In this document: piece after piece, positions 8,103 to 10,677 of the stretch | How the letters are laid out: each line of letters starts with the position of its first letter | Position numbering within the stretch: position 1 is the first letter of the stretch | Source of the DNA: Candidatus Eiseniibacteriota bacterium | GTDB taxonomy: Bacteria > ARS69 | Assembly (NCBI GenBank): GCA_052390515.1 | Contig: JBQTGV010000132.1 | Span: 1-10,677, forward strand | Direction of reading: 5' to 3' | DNA length: 10,677 nt | Translations under genes and position numbers: made by a program | The notes under the pieces: generated by a model | What the model was told of the DNA's origin: nothing | The model's database searches: none | What the model saw: the letters and a program-made list of their open reading frames with translations, nothing else

Positions 8103-8603
8103 ATGGACGAGACGTTCGAGCTGAAGGCCCTGCACGAGGAAGCGATCCCCGAGGCGCTGCGCAAGGCCGAACGGTACCGGCTGCTCAACGAGCCGGAGCA
8201 GGCCGAGAGCATCTGCCGGGATGTCCTGCGCGCGCGGCCCGGCCACCAGGACGCGCTGGTGATCCTGATCCTCGCCATCACCGACCAGTTCGCGTCCGAC
8301 AGCCGCTCCCCCGACCCGCGCAAGGCCTGGGAGTTCCTGGACCAGCTCGCCGGCGAGTACCCTCGCGCGTACTACACCGGCCTCGTGCACGAGCGCAACG
8401 CGCGCGCCGTGCTGGCACGGGGCAAAGCGGCGTCGTTCGCCTACGCCGGCTTCCGCGAGGCGATGCGCTGGTACGAGAAGGCCGAGGAGCTTCGCCCGGC
8501 CGGCGTGGACGACCCGATCCTCAGGTGGAATGCCTGCGTGCGCACCCTTCGCCGCGAGAACCTCGGTCCGCGCGCAGTCGATCCGGAGCTCATGCTGGAG
8601 TAA
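8103..8603 (+). CDS. Hypothetical helical, TPR-like protein (166 aa), coupled to sdhB
   Basis: ATG 2 nt after the sdhB stop (the 3' part of track ORF 7515..8603). High-GC third codon positions. TPR-like patterns: AESICRDVLRARPGHQDALVIL, RAYYTGLVHER, EAMRWYEKAEELRP. Confidence 0.85.
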   Translation: MDETFELKALHEEAIPEALRKAERYRLLNEPEQAESICRDVLRARPGHQDALVILILAITDQFASDSRSPDPRKAWEFLDQLAGEYPRAYYTGLVHERNARAVLARGKAASFAYAGFREAMRWYEKAEELRPAGVDDPILRWNACVRTLRRENLGPRAVDPELMLE

Positions 8604-8609
8604 CGCGCG

Positions 8610-8700
8610 GCGGTCCGCCGGCTGTCCGGCCGTCCGCTGAGCCCGGGAGTGCGGTCGGCCGGCTGTCCGGCCGACCCGCGGGAGTGTCCGCCCGACCCGC
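8610..8700. repeat. Intergenic direct repeats with a 10-bp hairpin; candidate enhancer (UAS)
   Basis: 23-nt direct repeat at 8610-8632 and 8651-8673 (22/23 identical). The core TGTCCG(G/C)CCG(A/T)CC occurs at 8623, 8664 and 8685. Perfect stem GGTCGGCCGG-ctgt-CCGGCCGACC at 8653-8676. Confidence 0.75.
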
Positions 8701-8777
8701 TCCGGCACGCTTGCAGCACCGCCCCCGATCCGCGTAAGCCACCTCCCCACGGTCACTTGCGGCGCCGGCCGCCGACC

Positions 8778-8792
8778 TGGCACGGGCGTTGC
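8778..8792 (+). promoter_or_regulatory. Sigma-54 (RpoN) -24/-12 promoter
   Basis: TGGCACG-GGCG-TTGC is an exact match to TGGCACG-N4-TTGC with GG-N10-GC spacing. It is intergenic, on the correct strand, and ends 44 nt before ATG 8837. Confidence 0.8.
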
Positions 8793-8836
8793 GGATTCCC
8801 TCCGGCGACGACCATCGTCGGAAAGGAAGGTGGCCC

Positions 8837-9964
8837 ATGTTCCAGACAACGAAATACCGGCTCGGCCGGGGGTTCGCCGCCTGCGTCGTCGCGCTCGCGG
8901 CGTGGATGTCGGCTCCGCAAGCGCTGGCCGATCATGACGACGACGACGACGACTGGGACGACGACCGGAGGCACGGGCGGCACGACCGCTATGACTGGTA
9001 TTCGCCTTGGTACGGCCCCGGCCCCGGTCATCATCCGCGCGAGACCTACGTGTTCGGGAACCTGGACGGCTACGGCAACTGGCGCTGGGTGCCGGCGGTC
9101 GGCGCGAACCTGTGGTTCCCTTACGTCGACCACGCTTGGCGTCCGTACTTCTACGGTCACTGGGTGCACACGCCGCTCGGAATCACGTGGGTGGCGTACG
9201 AGCCGTGGGGTGACGTCCCTCACCACTACGGCCGCTGGGTGTTCGTGGCCGGGCTCGGCTGGGGCTGGGTGCCCGGTTACGAGTACGCGCCCGCGTGGGT
9301 GTCGTGGGCCGTCGGCCACGGCTCGGTGGGCTGGGCTCCCCTGCCTCCGCGCGGCTACCGCTATCCGGACTGCCACAGCTATTACGTCGACCGTCACGTC
9401 GTGGACTACGGATTCAGCGGGTCGTTCCACTACCCGTCTTCGGGTCTGGACTTCTCGCTGTGGGTGTTCGTCTCCGACCGCGACTTCCACGGCTCGAGCG
9501 TGTACCGCCATGCGCTGCCGGAACGCCAGACGCTCTCGCTCTTCAAGGAGAAGCGGGTGCTGCCGGTCGGCGATCGGATCGAACCCCGTTACGTCGAGCG
9601 CGTCTCGGGATCGAGGCTCCCCGTCGTGCAGGTGGACCGCACCACGCGGTCGATCGGCGGACGCGAGCTGCAGTTCCACGAGCCGCGCGGCCAGCAGGAC
9701 AAGGTGCGCAGCGGCCGCGACGCCGCCGAGCGCGTCGTGCAGGTTCCGAAGTCGCGGGAGCGAGATGCTCGCGTCGAGGAGCCGCGTCGGGGCGAGGAAC
9801 CGCGCAAGGGTGACGAGCCGCGCAAGGTCGAGGAGCCGCGGAAGAGCGAGGAGCCGCGCAAGGGCGAACGCACCGAGCGCTCGGAGTCCTCGGACCGCTC
9901 CGGGAAATCGCGCGACGCGAAGGTCGAGAAGACCACAGACGGACGCACGACCAAGCCCCGCTGA
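8837..9964 (+). CDS. Secreted DUF6600-like Trp/Gly/Pro-rich protein (375 aa)
   Basis: ATG with RBS GAAAGGAAGG at 8821-8830. Sec signal peptide ending ALA|D, then a poly-Asp tract. The core LDGYGNW...WRPYFYGHW...TWVAYEPWG...HYGRW...WVPG...APAWVSW...GWAPLPP matches my recollection of DUF6600. Charged low-complexity tail. Confidence 0.85.
   Translation: MFQTTKYRLGRGFAACVVALAAWMSAPQALADHDDDDDDWDDDRRHGRHDRYDWYSPWYGPGPGHHPRETYVFGNLDGYGNWRWVPAVGANLWFPYVDHAWRPYFYGHWVHTPLGITWVAYEPWGDVPHHYGRWVFVAGLGWGWVPGYEYAPAWVSWAVGHGSVGWAPLPPRGYRYPDCHSYYVDRHVVDYGFSGSFHYPSSGLDFSLWVFVSDRDFHGSSVYRHALPERQTLSLFKEKRVLPVGDRIEPRYVERVSGSRLPVVQVDRTTRSIGGRELQFHEPRGQQDKVRSGRDAAERVVQVPKSRERDARVEEPRRGEEPRKGDEPRKVEEPRKSEEPRKGERTERSESSDRSGKSRDAKVEKTTDGRTTKPR
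9773..9862 (+). repeat. Coding 18-bp tandem repeat, 5 copies: x-(E/D)-E-P-R-(K/R)
   Basis: VEEPRR GEEPRK GDEPRK VEEPRK SEEPRK in the C-terminus of the 8837..9964 CDS. Confidence 0.9.
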
Positions 9965-9970
9965 GTCGAA

Positions 9971-9998
9971 AGGCGCCCCTCCTCCGGGAGGGGCGCCT
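9971..9998. terminator. Intrinsic terminator hairpin between convergent genes
   Basis: Perfect 12-bp stem AGGCGCCCCTCC / GGAGGGGCGCCT with a C(UCCG)G tetraloop. It lies between the stops at 9964 (+) and 10004 (-). Only the - strand has a short U-run (AAA at 9969-9971). Confidence 0.8.
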
Positions 9999-10003
9999 CC
10001 GCG

Positions 10004-10435
10004 TCATCTCCCGCCGAAGCGCTTGGTGAGCGTGACCTCGTTGCCTCCGGCGCTGAAGCGAACGTCGTCCATGAACGCGCGCATGAGGAACACGCCCCGG
10101 CCCGAGGTCTGCATGAGGTTCGCTGGATCCGTCGGGTCGGGAATGGCGGAAGGATCGAAACCCGGCCCCTCGTCGCGCAGCGTGAATACCGCGACCTCCT
10201 CGGTCACCACCGCGCGCACGTGGATCCGCCGCTCGCGATACGGCAGGGACTTCCGCCGCTCCCGCAGCGTGCGCAGGTACCGGCGAAGGTCCTCGTCGCG
10301 GAGCTGGGAGCCGATCTCCAGGTTGCCGTGCAGCAGGGCGTTGTGCAGCGCTTCGGACAGCGCGGCACCCATCTCCAGCACATCCTTGTCGCCGGCCACG
10401 CCGGCGGAGAGCACCACCTGCTGGAAGAAGTTCAC
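10004..10435 (-). CDS. ATP-binding protein, RsbW/anti-sigma-factor-like HATPase_c domain (start uncertain, probably further upstream)
   Basis: N-box EALHNALLHGN, G1 box DEGPGFD, PDPTDP, G2 box SGRGVFLMRAFMDDV, GNEVTLTK. The frame stays open and looks coding upstream of GTG 10435. Confidence 0.85.
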   Translation of the reverse strand: MNFFQQVVLSAGVAGDKDVLEMGAALSEALHNALLHGNLEIGSQLRDEDLRRYLRTLRERRKSLPYRERRIHVRAVVTEEVAVFTLRDEGPGFDPSAIPDPTDPANLMQTSGRGVFLMRAFMDDVRFSAGGNEVTLTKRFGGR

Positions 10436-10581
10436 GACGGCGTCGATGGCGTGCTCGTCGTTGGCCAGGACGAACTCGTAGTCCCGCCCCTGCCCGTCGC
10501 GCTGCGCCTCGTGCTTCCGCTCGGCCGGAAGGTCGGCCCACAGCTGCTCGAGACTGCGTCGGGACCCGCGGCCCTTCCGGC

Positions 10582-10677
10582 TCAGCGGAGAACCACCATC
10601 TTCTTCTCGCCCACGGGGTCGCCGTTCACATGGTACCGGGCGAAGTATACGCCAGGCGCCACCAGCGTGCCGGAGGC
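10582..10677 (-). CDS. 3' end (partial) of a secreted protein with a FlgD-Ig / T9SS type A sorting-domain-like C-terminus
   Basis: Not in the ORF track. The - strand reads ASGTLVAPGVYFARYHVNGDPVGEKKMVVLR* (TGA at 10582-10584), which fits the G..V..GVYF.R...KKMVVLR tail pattern. Confidence 0.8.
   Translation of the reverse strand, partial: ASGTLVAPGVYFARYHVNGDPVGEKKMVVLR

Noticed and set aside
8704..8715. Second sigma-54-like sequence GGCACGCTTGCA
   Set aside because: The GG-to-GC spacing is 7 nt instead of the strictly required 10.
8806..8820. Small hairpin CGACGA-cca-TCGTCG in the predicted 5' UTR
   Set aside because: Only 6 bp and it does not cover the RBS, so there is too little to call a regulatory RNA.
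8789..8836. TTG start at 8789 for the DUF6600-like gene
   Set aside because: It lies within the sigma-54 -12 box. ATG 8837 has a strong RBS and starts a clean signal peptide.

Overview
Very GC-rich bacterial DNA with about 10 complete genes and one partial gene. In order: malate dehydrogenase (mdh, +); a convergent MacAB-type efflux cassette (adaptor, ATPase, permease; -); a divergent intergenic region with a 15-bp GATC-led tandem repeat; an operon for a mycobacterial Sdh1-like ('type F', heme-less) succinate dehydrogenase (membrane anchor, sdhA, sdhB) with a tightly coupled TPR-like hypothetical gene; a consensus sigma-54 promoter with helically phased upstream repeats in front of a secreted DUF6600-like protein; a strong terminator hairpin; an RsbW-like HATPase gene (-) with an unclear start; and the last 31 codons of a protein with a FlgD-Ig/T9SS-CTD-like tail. 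I see no mobile element, CRISPR array or RNA gene. The most notable observations are two insertions in the MDH (one a 5-residue lengthening of the specificity loop, as in apicomplexan LDHs), the type-F SDH with a possible accessory gene and an extra CxxC, the sigma-54/enhancer architecture, and the GATC repeat array. All family assignments come from recognising motifs by eye, not from database searches.
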